A stretch of DNA of 64,000 nt from Lama glama (Eukaryota), in the NCBI GenBank assembly GCA_028534125.1, contig CM052818.1:34164001-34228000 (forward strand), written 5' to 3'. Under the pieces are notes generated by a model. That model had not been told where the DNA came from. It searched no databases and worked only from the letters and a program-made list of their open reading frames with translations. Below, piece by piece: positions 51,481-62,854 of the stretch. The position numbers and the translations under genes are program-made. The first letter of the stretch is position 1; every line of letters starts with the position of its first letter.

Positions 51481-51649
51481 CAGAGAGGCTGAAGCTGGAT
51501 TCATGAAGGTCCCTCATGCCCCCGTGTCGGGTAACAGGCCGGGTAGGAGTGTCTGCCAGCGGAGTTCCCATCTCTTTTTTCCCAGGATGCACAACAACAG
51601 CTACATCCCCCAGGTAGGGAGTGCGGTCCACTCCCCTAACCTTTAAGGT
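51481..51649 (-). CDS. DPYSL5: DPYSL5 coding exon (exon 12), 169 nt
   Basis: ttcactag|ACC...TCTG|gtaaga. Translates TLKVRGVDRTPYLGDVAVVVHPGKKEMGTPLADTPTRPVTRHGGMRDLHESSFSLS(G), the phosphorylated C-terminal tail. Confidence 0.98.
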
Positions 51650-53140
51650 CTAGTGAAGGTGGAGGAGAAGAAGGGAAGAGATGATGCTATCAGAGAATAG
51701 GCACCATCAACCATCAGGGCCAAGACACTGCCACCACCAGAGCCTTCTTGACGGCTTACTGGACTCTAGACCCTGCCACTCTGCTCAGGACCCAAAGTAA
51801 TGCATGTGACCAAGCCTTTCTACACTTTGAACACAGGCGATAGAGAATTCTTTTCTTAACGCCTTCCAAATAGTGTGTGCGTGCATGCGCACGTGCACAT
51901 AGAGGAGATACCCATTGGTGGAATCCTTTCCAAGGTAGCAGGTAGATAGTTCTGAGGTATTCAGCTTTAGAGAACATCCCTCACTTGCCAGGTTCTCAAG
52001 AAGCCATGCCTTTCACTGTGATCTGACAGCTTTGTGGGGATAGAGGCTACATATAGCTGATTTGGAGGTAAGAATTCCCCAGTAGCAATAGTAGTTAATT
52101 TCGTACTCACAAAGGCAGCAGTAGAGTTACAGGTCTGTACTCTACAACCAGATTGCTTAGATTCCGATCTCAGCTCTGCTACTTATAAGCTGTGTGACCT
52201 TGTGCAAGTTACATAACCTCTCTGTGCCTATTTTCTTATTTATTAGAACAGAGTTGTTATGAGAGCAAATCAAATAGTATGTGTAAAGCTCTTAGAACTG
52301 CTCTGGCACATGGCAAGTGACATCTAAGTACCAGCAGCTGTTTTATTGCAGAGGTCATTTATGGTGCTTAATCACATTAAAAAGTTCTGTTATGAGGAAG
52401 TGTGTTGGAGTGTGTGCACTGGGTGTGAAGGAGTAGCATAAATCTACTCCCCAGGCACTTGTCAGGGACATAACCTCAATCTCCTTTGCTGCTCACTGCT
52501 TATTGAAAACCCTGCTCAGAGAAACAACAGATACGGGTGATTTCTGAAAGGCTCTTCAGTCTACATATTCCTTTGTATTCTCCATCAATAGATCTGTAGT
52601 TTAAGCCCAGCCCTCAGAACATCAAAGCTGGTTTGAAGGGTTTTGGCCTTTACCAGGCTGCACTTTGGGGTCCCAGTGGTGAAGTGTGGGAGTACAGACC
52701 TGAGGTGAATCCTGAGTGAGTGACCTTGGCTCCCGGCAGCCCTACGCCAGAGCTACTTTCTCATGGGGCCCATGCTCTGTAGGGACTGCTCATTCATAAT
52801 TTTTGGAAAATGAGGTTTTCCCATAGCTTTCTGCATACCTGCCTTCTGTTAAGGGCGAGACCAGAGAACAGGGAACAGAACTGGCTGTTTCTTGAGGACC
52901 TGACATTGTCATTATAATAATGGCCATAGAAAAAGGGACCCTGAGTTGAATTTATATCAATCTTGGAAGCTGGAGCTCTTCCACTGGCCCGAAGGGTTGT
53001 CTGCTGTGAATTAGTGTCTATCTTACCTTTTTGTGAGGCTGGTTTTTAGAAGGGCATCAAACAGTTTCTCTGCCCTCTTTTGACCCTATTTTCTGACTGA
53101 AATATCTTTTATGGAAAACACACAAAAATGTTGCCAGACA

Positions 53141-53860
53141 TTTTTTCACCCAACTTGAGATATAATTCACATACTGTAAAATTAACCATTTAAAAGTTTA
53201 CAATTAAGTGGTGTTGAGTATATTCACAAGGTTGTGCCACCATTACCACCATGTTATTTCAAAATATTCTCATCACCCCAAAAAGTAACCCTGTACCCAT
53301 AAGTAGTCACTCCCATTCTCCCCTCCCCCAGCCTGAAGCAACCACTAATCTATTTTCTGTCTATGGATTTGCCTCTTCTGGGACACTTCATATACAGGGA
53401 ATCATAATATGTGGCCTTCTGTGACTGGATCCTTTCACTTAGCATGATGTTTTTTAAGGTTTGTGTATGTTGTATGTAACCTATATTAGCACTCCTTTCA
53501 CTTTTATGGCTGAATAATATTCCATTGTGTGGGCATACCGCATTTTGTTTATCCATTCAACAGTTGATGGACATTTGGGTTGTTCCCACTTTTTGGCCTT
53601 TATGAATAATGCTACTATGAACATTTATGCACAAGATTTTGTGTAGAAATATATTTGCATTTCTCTTGAGTATGTCCATACCCAAGAGGGTAACTGCCGA
53701 GACATTTTGGCAAATTTATCAAACTTTTTGGGAACGGCCAAAGTGTTTTCCAATGTAGCTGTATTGTTTTACATTCCTTTCAGCAATGGGTGAGGGTTCT
53801 GATTTCTCCACATCCTCACTGACACTTGTTATTTTCCATTTTATTTTAAATCATAACCAC
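53141..53860 (-). mobile_element. L1MB-like 3' fragment in a DPYSL5 intron
   Basis: ttgagatataattcacatactgtaaaattaacc...tttatggctgaataatattccattgtgt...gatggacatttgggttgtt. Confidence 0.85.
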
Positions 53861-54867
53861 CCTTTGCCGGATAGTCTTGGGCGTGAGTGCATCATCCTTA
53901 CAGCTCTTTCTGGCAAATCCTCCAGTGGTGGGGCTAAGGCCTCCTACCACTGTCAGTGGCTGGGAAGTAACTGGAGGTGGACCATTTACCCCAGAGACCC
54001 TGAGCTTGCTTTGGGATTGGCAGGTGGATAAGTAAAGTCATGTCTTCTTTAGGTGACCCAAGTCTGCTCCCCCACAGGAGACTGGGATTTGTTTCTCTTT
54101 GTTTTTTGGCCTCTGGGAGAGAAGAGTTACTCCACGTGGAAAGCTCACCAGCAGAGTTGATCTTTTGGTGTTAATATGCCCTGTGTACTCTTATGCTTTA
54201 GATGATAGCTTCTCAGATATCAGTTTTACTCGCCCTGGCTTCATCAAGACTGGAGGGAACCAGGCAGTGGTAAGACCTTGATGACCCTGAGCCTGTGAAT
54301 CAAAAGGAATTCTGTGGTCACAGAGTCACTTTCCCACTTGTGCCTTCGGGGTCTCAGGACTCCCTATTTGCCTGATCACCTAAAATTCTCTCTGGCAATT
54401 GAAGACTGGGGCAGGACCAGCATCATCGGCTGGGCATTCTCTCTGCCTCACCACATGCTCCCTTCTCAATATGGAAGAGCTGGACCATAGTTTAGGGAAG
54501 AAAGTCGTGGTTTTTATGAATGAACTTTTGGCAGAGAGGCTCCACTGAGGACCAGAGGCAGGATGAAGTCTTGGCTGGGGAGCCTGGAGAGAGTGGGAAG
54601 ACCAGTCTGCCCACCGCCCAACCTGATGGAACCTTCCTTCCTTCTGGTTTTGGGTCAGCCCAGGGCTGGGGAGCTGAGGACCCTTCCCAATAAATTTTAC
54701 TTTATTACAGGTGCTCCTTTTCTATTATTTTGATTGTTCCCAAAGTGACTATCTAGGCAATAGGATTCCACGGGAAAACAGAGTGAGAGCATCTTTGAGA
54801 TTTAAAAGTCATATAAGATATCATGTCAACCTCTTCCCACACGTCTTCTTCCCCCTCCCTCACTTAC

Positions 54868-55075
54868 CTTTTCTCTCTGGACCAGCTTCTTGTAGACAGT
54901 GTCTGGGAAGGACCTCAGGGGACAGAACTTGCCAGTGCCTTCAGCACACATGAAGACACCATTCTCGTACACGACCCGTCCCCGACTGATGGTGACCAGC
55001 GGGACACCATGGCAGCGCATATTCTCATACAGGTTGAAGTCTCCTCCCTGCACCTGGGTGCTGGCCGAGATGGTC
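54868..55075 (-). CDS. DPYSL5: DPYSL5 coding exon (exon 11), 208 nt
   Basis: cccaccag|GACC...GAAAAG|gtaagt. Translates (K)TISASTQVQGGDFNLYENMRCHGVPLVTISRGRVVYENGVFMCAEGTGKFCPLRSFPDTVYKKLVQREK. Confidence 0.98.
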
Positions 55076-55129
55076 CTGGTGGGAGGAGTGGCAGGAGAGA
55101 ACACTCTGAGAGGAAGTAAAGATGTCACA

Positions 55130-55312
55130 GCTCAATGGAAGGGAGGTGCTTAGTGGGAAGGGATGATGCTCAGTGGGAAAAGGTGATGCACACCACAGTG
55201 GGAAGGGACAGTGCTCAGTAGGAAGGGATGATGATCGGTGGGAAGGGATGATGATTGGTGGGAAAGGATGATGCTCAGTGAAAAGGGAAGATATTCAGTG
55301 GGAAGGGATGAC
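55130..55312. repeat. 20-bp minisatellite, ~9 degenerate copies, consensus GCTCAGTGGGAAGGGATGAT
   Basis: Units start at 55148, 55168, 55188 (with a 5-nt insertion), 55213, 55233, 55253, 55273 and 55293, plus a degenerate unit at 55130. Confidence 0.92.
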
Positions 55313-55321
55313 CTCCAAAGG

Positions 55322-55705
55322 CTAGGATGAGTTGTGTTCCCCAACCCCAAATTTATATATTGAACTCCTAGCCCCCAGTACCTCAAATGTGACTGTATTT
55401 GGAGATAAGGCCTTTAAAAGCTAATTAAAGTAAAATGAGGTCATATAGATGAGTCTTAATCCAATCAGATGAGTGTCCTTATAAGAGGAAATTGAGACAT
55501 CAGAAGTGCACAAAGAAAATACCATGTGAAGACAGAGGGAGAAGACGGCCATCTACAAGCCAAGGAGAGAGGCCTCAGAATGAAATCAACTCTGTTGACA
55601 CCTTGATCTTGGACTTCTAGCCTCCAGAATTGTAAGAAAATAAATGTCTATTGTTTAAGCCTCCTGTCTGTGGTATTGTTATGGCAGCCCTAGAAGACTA
55701 ACACA
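55322..55705 (+). mobile_element. MLT1B-like MaLR solo LTR
   Basis: cccccagtacctcaaatgtgactgtatttggagataagg...gccatctacaagccaaggagagaggcctcag...ggacttctagcctccagaa...ctaacaca. Confidence 0.85.
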
Positions 55706-56638
55706 CTGGGCTAAATTCTAGCTGTCTTTGCACCAGCAGCAGTCACTAACAGCCACATTGCCACAGCAACAGGGACCAGCCCCAGCCTGGATGCAGAACA
55801 CGGCTTCTCAAGTGCCCTAACGGAGAAGCAGCATGGGGATCTGGCAAGGCGGTGTGTGGTGGTGCACAGGGTGAACTTTCCTTGCAACTGAACTTTTTAT
55901 CTTCAGAATCCCAGCACACTTTTGTCTATCTTATTCATTGCCAGCTTATGCACCTAGAAAAGTGCTCAGCAGTTGGTGGCACTTAACAGATATTTGTTGA
56001 GTGAATGAAATTTAATATTAAAAAACGATTTCCATCTCCCCTGCCCAAATCTCTCAGAAAAGATGATGCTCTGTATCCTATGACTTGATAACTCCTGATG
56101 CACTTCACTGATTCACTCAACCTGTGTTATTAATGCCATGGGTGTCAAGTGCTGTGCACTGAAGGGGACACACTCCCTCAACGAGAGAAGCAGAGTGTTG
56201 GTGGGAGAGTCTATAACTGAGTGTCAGGATATCTGTCTGGTTCAGCCACTTATTAGCTGTGTGACGTGGGGAGTCTCTCTACTCTCTGGTCTTAGTTTCT
56301 TCAACAGTAAAATTGAAATAAGAAATCTAGGCTTGAGTACTTCTTGGGACTGTATGAAAGCAAGTGAGACCACTGATGTGATGCAGCTTTGAAAAACTGT
56401 AAAGTGCTGTGCACATGGAGCTGCACTACAGCGGGTCTGAAGACCATCTTGTTCACTGTGGTGTTCCTAGTGCTTGAACCATGGCAGGCCCTCAAATATC
56501 TGTTGAATTGAACACACCTCAGGTCATACTGCTCTCTGCTAGGAGTAGTGCAAAGATGATGTGCTTTTGGAGTTCTGTAATACAAGTTCCTTAAAATCCC
56601 AAGTCCCTCTAGCCCTGGAGACTAGCAGCAGGCTTTAC

Positions 56639-56781
56639 TTTGTGGCTTCTGGGTCCCACACCACCACGTCGGCATCGGCTCCAGGGATGATGCGGCCTTT
56701 GCGGGGATACAGGTTGAGAATCTTCGCTGCGTTGGAGCTGGTAACAGCCACAAAACGGTTCTCATCCATCTTTCCTCCAAC
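56639..56781 (-). CDS. DPYSL5: DPYSL5 coding exon (exon 10), 143 nt
   Basis: ttatctcag|GTT...ACAAA|gtaaag. Translates [47 protein letters not shown](K); this frame is not shown in the ORF track. Confidence 0.98.
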
Positions 56782-57477
56782 CTGAGATAATGCAAAAGTG
56801 TCAGGTCAACCAAGGCCGTGTGTGTGTACCTCAAACCCCCAGTCACCCTTGACCCTGGCGTGTGGCCTTTTAGTCAGTCAGAACAATGGTGCTGAGAAGG
56901 ACAATGTTACGGGCATCTTCTCAGATGAACCAACCCACATGGCTTGGTTCCCTACACTTGCTTACTTCTATTTCCTTCCAGCAACAGTGGTGAGTTGGCT
57001 CTTGTTCCAAAAGGCTGCTTTCCTGGTGCAAATCTACCTCCTGTTTGCAAAACCATCTCTACTCATATGCTCAATATGGATAAATCAGGAACTTCCCTTC
57101 ATCCGCAGAGGGACATATATTCTGTGCTGGAAAAGCATCTTATCACCCCACCCACGAGAGCACCGTGGGCTCCCTTCACAGAGGATTCCTGAGCTGCCTC
57201 ATGGGCCTTCCCTGAACTGGGGGCTTAACCCTGAAGATTTCAAATCTCTTTGGGCTCATACTCTGTGCTTCATCTAATCCGTGATAGGTCAAGACAAAAA
57301 CTACTTATTCTTCATGGGCAGAACAGGTGGTATTCAAAGGAAGTCCCAGTCTCTATCTTTACTGAAAGGCAGCTGGACAAAATGTATCAAGAGCCTTAAA
57401 ATTCTTTATATTCTTTGGCCCATAAATACACTTCTAGGAATCTGTCCTCAGAAAATGACTAGAAATGCTGGCACATA

Positions 57478-57561
57478 GGGGAGGAGGGTATTGCTCAGTG
57501 GTAGTGTACATGTTTAGCATGTGCGAGGTCCTGGGTTCAATCCCCAGTGCCTCCACTAAAA
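57478..57561 (+). mobile_element. Short tRNA-Ala-derived SINE/retrocopy (vic-1 type) inserted in an old L1M fragment (~57360-57960)
   Basis: gggtattgctcagtggtag...tttagcatgtg...ggttcaatccccagtgcctcca plus a short A-tail; 15-bp TSD AAATGCTGGCA(C/T)ATA at 57463-57477 and 57562-57576. Confidence 0.88.
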
Positions 57562-58062
57562 AAATGCTGGCATATACTACCAAGCAAAGAGATTCTCTGC
57601 AACATTATTTGTAAGTGCAACAATTTGAAACAGCTGAAAGTTCCAAACATCAGGGAAGGATTAACAAAGTATGGAATTTCCTTTGGCGGAAATATTATTT
57701 AGACATTAAAAAAGATGTTTCTAAAGAATTTTTACTGATATGTAAAGACACGCAAGATATACTGTTATATGAAAAAAAGATGAACACAGTTATTAAAATA
57801 ATGTACAGTACATGCAGAAAACTAGAAAGAAATATATCAAAATATTAATAATTTCTCAGTATGGTATCGTGAGGATTTTTTTTCTAATACTTTCCTGTAT
57901 TTTCCAAATTTTTATGCTAGGTCTTATTACCTTTATGATCAGGAAAAAATAGAAGACTTTTTCGTTTTGTTTTTGGGTGAAACAGGAGCTGTGGTTGACC
58001 CAGGCCTCCTAAGGGTGAAAATTCTTCTGAGGCCCAGAGCAGGGAGGGGCGCAGGAACATAC

Positions 58063-58204
58063 CACTCCTCTCTCCCAGATGACACTCATGCGGTCCTGCA
58101 CGCCCGTCACGCCGTGTGGGATTTTGGTGAAGTCCTCCTTGCCCATAGCTTTCTGCTTCGTGGTGAAAGGCCGGTGATCTGATGCCACAATATTCAGAGT
58201 ATCA
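58063..58204 (-). CDS. DPYSL5: DPYSL5 coding exon (exon 9), 142 nt
   Basis: ctacccag|TGAT...GGAGTG|gtatgt. Translates (N)DTLNIVASDHRPFTTKQKAMGKEDFTKIPHGVTGVQDRMSVIWERGV. Confidence 0.98.
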
Positions 58205-59841
58205 CTGGGTAGAGAGAAGGATGTGACTGGTAAGGAAATGGGAGGCCGGGGTCCCAGAGGATGAAGACAGGTGCAGGGAAAGCCTTCTCTTGGGAATCCA
58301 GCAAAGCTGGTTTCAATCTTGTCTCTGCCACTTGGTAGCTGTACGACTTCTAGCGAGCTAATCTGTGAGAACCTGTTTACACATCTGCAGAATGGGCATA
58401 CATGCAGACTTGTGGCACAGACTGCCAGTGTCACAGGAGACATCAAGAGTCTTTGGGACGTTGACTTTTAAGAGTTAAGATAGTGGATGGAGGAAGAAAA
58501 TTGCGCTTAATTGTTTAGCTAAAGTGGGAGGGTGGAGGTAGTTTTACTTCCTCAGAACCGTATGCGAACTCCCTCTCATCCCCTCCCTCGACTCCCACCA
58601 GGCCCTGCTGGCAATAAGCATGTGCTTGGTAAAACACTCAAGTTCCATGCTAAGCTTTGCTTGGGTGTGGAGGCTCTCCTTGCCCAGCAGGGGAGAGGAA
58701 GGACAGGACAGAAGTCTGTCTTGATCAACCAGTATCAGCACGCAAGTTGACTGCTTCATCACTGCTGCCGTCCATGACAGTGGTCCTCAGAGGCTGAGGC
58801 ATGGCTGGGCTCTCGAGGGGCTCAGAACTCTAGCAGAGACTTACATCGGTGAGAGTGCACATGGTGGCAGACCCTCTGCCTAAGGAGGGAGGCAGCCAGC
58901 CAGCCAGCTCAAGTTCAGAGATCTCTGTAGGCCTCAGAGGTGGGGAGGGGCAGCAGGGAGGGATGGCTCCATTGCCCAGGCAAGACAATCTCAGGAGGAA
59001 AGACCTTAGGAAGGCAGGGAGGGGCCTGGGAGAGCACAGGGTCATGTGGGAGAGGGGGACGACACAGTGTGGGGCCCTAGAGTCTAGCTTAACTTGCAGG
59101 AGGTACTACAGCCTTGTAAGTGCACGTGGACCGTCCAGGTGCCGGCTTCAGAGAGGAATCTGGGAGCAGAAGGCATTATGTGGCTTGGTGAGGAGGCATA
59201 TTCTTAAGGCTTTCTGATATTCGGGGTCAGGCTGCATGTGGGACTGTTCCCCCTGGGGGCCTGTCAGAGCTTCCGCCAATCCTTGGCCAAATCCACAGTG
59301 AGATGACTGAGCTCTGCCTGGCATGGGCTGGTACCTCCCTGCCCAGAGACACTGCTCTGGGCCCTCTCAGAGACTGCAGGAGGGGCTCTTCCACAGAGCA
59401 GAGGGTTTGTTCTAGGGTCCCCCAGCACCCCCCTCACATTCCACAGTTCTGCAGAACCCACCAGAGATGAACAGAATCTTTAGGTTTTTGCTTTTCCCTC
59501 AGATGCCCGGGCAGGGCTCAGATCAGAAAAGGTGCCCATCAGAGTCACGGGCCGTGGGTCAGGGACCCTGGGACCCATGCTTTAACCGACAAGTCTTACT
59601 AAGAACGCACCTTTCCAAAAAGGCCCCCACACAAGGCAGGGCTCACTAGGCAGGAGTGAATGAGGGTGGTCACATTCCAGAAGGGCTTTGAGGTCTCCCA
59701 ATGCTGCCCTGAATCTAGGAGATGTGACATAGCCATCCCTACTCTTTAAAGTTTAAAGCATCACTGGTTTTTGTTAAGTATTTTAAGAATATATATACTC
59801 AAATGAAAAAATGTCTGGTCCCTTTACAAAGTCAGATTTTA

Positions 59842-59959
59842 TACCTTGTAATAGTTTATAACGAAAAAGAATATATACATATATATGTACTACTGAATCA
59901 CTATGCTGTACACCAGAAATTTACACAAATTGTAAATCAACTGTATGTCAATTTTTTAA
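59842..59959 (+). mobile_element. Short L1 3' end
   Basis: taccttgtaatagtttataacgaaaaagaatatata...tgaatcactatgctgtacaccagaaa...; TSD AAAGT(C/G)AGATTTTA. Confidence 0.8.
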
Positions 59960-61506
59960 AAAGTGAGATTTTAAATAAAGGATAAATCTTTAAATCCACA
60001 GATTATATTTTTTACCCTGATATATCTGAAGAAATCATATCCTAAGTAGATTATTATGAAGCTCATATATTCTTATAGAAATTTAATAATTGGTTTTCTA
60101 TCAAATATTTTGCATAATACCAATTATCACCAATAATGTGTCATAAAAGCAAAATTATAGTAATCATAAATTCCTAGAGTGTTAAAACTATGCTCCAAAT
60201 TCTATAAAATTGCACACGTTTACAACATGCACTGATTAAAAAGGGACAAACTATTCTCATAATAGGTCACAGGAAATTGCAATTCTATTCAAGTGAATAG
60301 AACTTAGTTAAATAATTTAAATAAATTTGACAAAATAGGCTAGATGTAAAAACTTAAATTATTCAATTAATAATACTTCTATTCCTCTGCCTATTTAAAT
60401 TTGTGTGGGTTTGGGCACTGTAATTTGGATGGGTTGCAGGATTTCCTATCTTTTTGTTCTTTCAGTAAATATCCTGGTGGCAGGCAGAGGTAGTTCCAAA
60501 GATTCTTTGACCTTGGAACTGAGCCCAAATTATATAGTGGGTTCTTGATACTTGTTTATTTCTGTTGTGCTGATAATGAGGAAAAGGAGGCTGGCTTTTC
60601 CCACTGACAAGCATTTTTAAAAGTATTTCTCCCTTTACTCTACTAATTTAGTTGAATTTGTCAGAGCAGCCCCTGTTCAGAGTCACAGCAAAGCTAGGGG
60701 ACAGAGGATAATTACTGCCATGGTGTCTCCTGCCTCTCCAGGGGCCATGTTCACTCTGGGACCCTACTGACTGCACTCCAGGCATATTTGGAAAGCCCCA
60801 AGTGTCCAGCCCACACTGCTCTTTAAGTTGTTAACATAGAAGGATGTTGAGTGGAAATTTGCCAGTTGTTGGCCATCAGGACTGAAAACTAAGGACATGG
60901 ATAAAATAAATGCCCCATTATTTAATGGCGGCCCCCTGCAACTGGGGGACTGAGGTGTTGGCAGAATGGAGAGTCCTGAGGTCTTTCCCTTCTTCCTCTT
61001 TTCATAGGTTGAGTGGTGCTTCCCTCCCCCGCTCCCCCACTAGTCTACCCCGTCAAGGAGGGGACATTTCAAGAGGTTCACCCATGGAGAAGAGAGGTAC
61101 CAGTAGTGGGCACCTGCCTGGGCGGTGGACAGGCCGGGCTGCCTGAGCCCCTCGGTGAGGAGAGCTGGTGGGGTGGGGGCTGCCTGCCCTCCCCCCTGGG
61201 GGTGCGTAAAACAAAATCTTTCCATGTTTGTGGGAAATGTTTGTGGGACATGTTTGTGTCCCACCAAATATAGACTATTCATTAAAGCATTTTATTTAGA
61301 TTTGGATCTAAATTGCCCCATGGGATAGCAATTATCTGATGGGCTTTGGAGAAGAAAACAAAAGCAAAATCATGCTCCAGGCACAACGAAGTCAAACCTA
61401 GGTCTGATTTGGGGCCTCTATGACATCATCTTAAAGATCTACAAATTCCGGGACTGGTGCGCATTATGAGATAATGCTGCACTGCGGTCCCGCTGAAACA
61501 CCTTAC

Positions 61507-61663
61507 TTGGCCAGCAGGCTCATGAGGTAGGTTGAGGTGTTGGTGTCCAGTCTCAGGGGAGGCACCGTGACGTAGGCGGCCGCGTGGGACCAGTCCTGGT
61601 GGTAGTAGTGTAAGCCTGTCAGCGTGGCATGTGCAGTGGTGGTCTCGGCCAGCACAACCTTCC
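61507..61663 (-). CDS. DPYSL5: DPYSL5 coding exon (exon 8), 157 nt
   Basis: cttccag|GG...GCCAA|gtaagg. Translates (G)KVVLAETTTAHATLTGLHYYHQDWSHAAAYVTVPPLRLDTNTSTYLMSLLA(N); phase matches both neighbouring exons. Confidence 0.98.
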
Positions 61664-62778
61664 CTGGAAGAAGACGGGTCAAATCATAAGCAGGAAGCCA
61701 GTGAACTGGAGAGATCATTGATCTGAGCCTCTCACTAGGCAGGTGAAGGAGCTGAAGTCGTCAAGGAAGGGATTAGCCCAACCTCACTCAGGCGTTTGAC
61801 AGCACAGGTGTGTTCAAGGCCAGGGTGCTCCCTGTCCCCATGCTGACTCCAAGAAAACAAGGGCAAGGGCACTGAGATAGGCAGCACTGATGGTGCTTTG
61901 AGGGGCGTGTTTCGGCTGGAGCACAGCTGTTGCAGGGCGCTGATGGGAAGATGGAGGGGTGCGAATGCAACGCTAACAGGCAGTCCGGATGCTGGGAGCA
62001 TACTGGGGGTGGGATCTGTAGCCGGGGCTGGAGGGCACTGAGATGGAGGTGGGAGGCTGGGACAATAGCACAGGTGAGACACCCAAGGAGGTCCCTCTAG
62101 GGAAGAGGCAGGAGGTGGGATCTAGGGGGCAGTACAGTGGGAAGGCTGGAAGCCCTTGCTGATTTTTAGCCCCAGGTTTGTTGACTGTGACTTTGTTCTC
62201 TTGTTAACAGGACCTCCCTGGCACCCTGAGCCGGGCTGAGAGCACAGGCATATACAAAACCTTCAGGTGTTGCCAGGTGCTCATCAACAGGAGACACACA
62301 GGTGCCTCGGGGCTGTTTGAGTTAAAAAACACAGGGTTCTAGGTGGCTGTAAGGGAAGTTGGGCCCACATACTGACATTTCTCCAGGAACTTCTTGGGTA
62401 TTCCTTGAAATGTCCATTGGAACTGGTCGAGGATTTCATGTTGGTTACCAAGGCAACCACTAGTAAAACCAGAGACTTTAAAAGATACCCAATTAATGAA
62501 TTGATTGAAAACTTGGAAATCTTTTACCAGATCCAGGAGAGATAACAGACATTTCTGTAAAGCTGTTATGCATACAAACGTGCAGAGGAAAACACTGGCT
62601 CAAATGGACTGAACCCAGGCTAGTGTAGGATGCTTCTGAGGAAGACAGGAGGAGAGAGGAGGGAAGGGCAGGCTCAGGGCCTGGTCCCAGGACCCTGGCC
62701 AGAAAGTGCACGGAGCTGCTGGGCCCCGTTAGGCTCCAACCACACACGTGTACTGTCCATCCCAGCCCACGGACTCAC

Positions 62779-62854
62779 CTTGCATCTTAGCAGTGGCGAT
62801 AACGTCACCGGCCGAGATGCTGGACACATTGACCAGGTAGATTGGACAGTGAGT
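62779..62854 (-). CDS. DPYSL5: DPYSL5/CRMP5 internal coding exon (exon 7 by human numbering), 76 nt
   Basis: tgtttag|ACT...CAAG|gtgagt. Translates THCPIYLVNVSSISAGDVIATAKMQ(G), a CRMP5 sequence. Upstream exons lie beyond the window end. Confidence 0.97.

Noticed and set aside
55130..55312. CRISPR-like array
   Set aside because: Head-to-tail degenerate 20-mers with no unique spacers, in a mammalian intron with no cas genes; it is a minisatellite.
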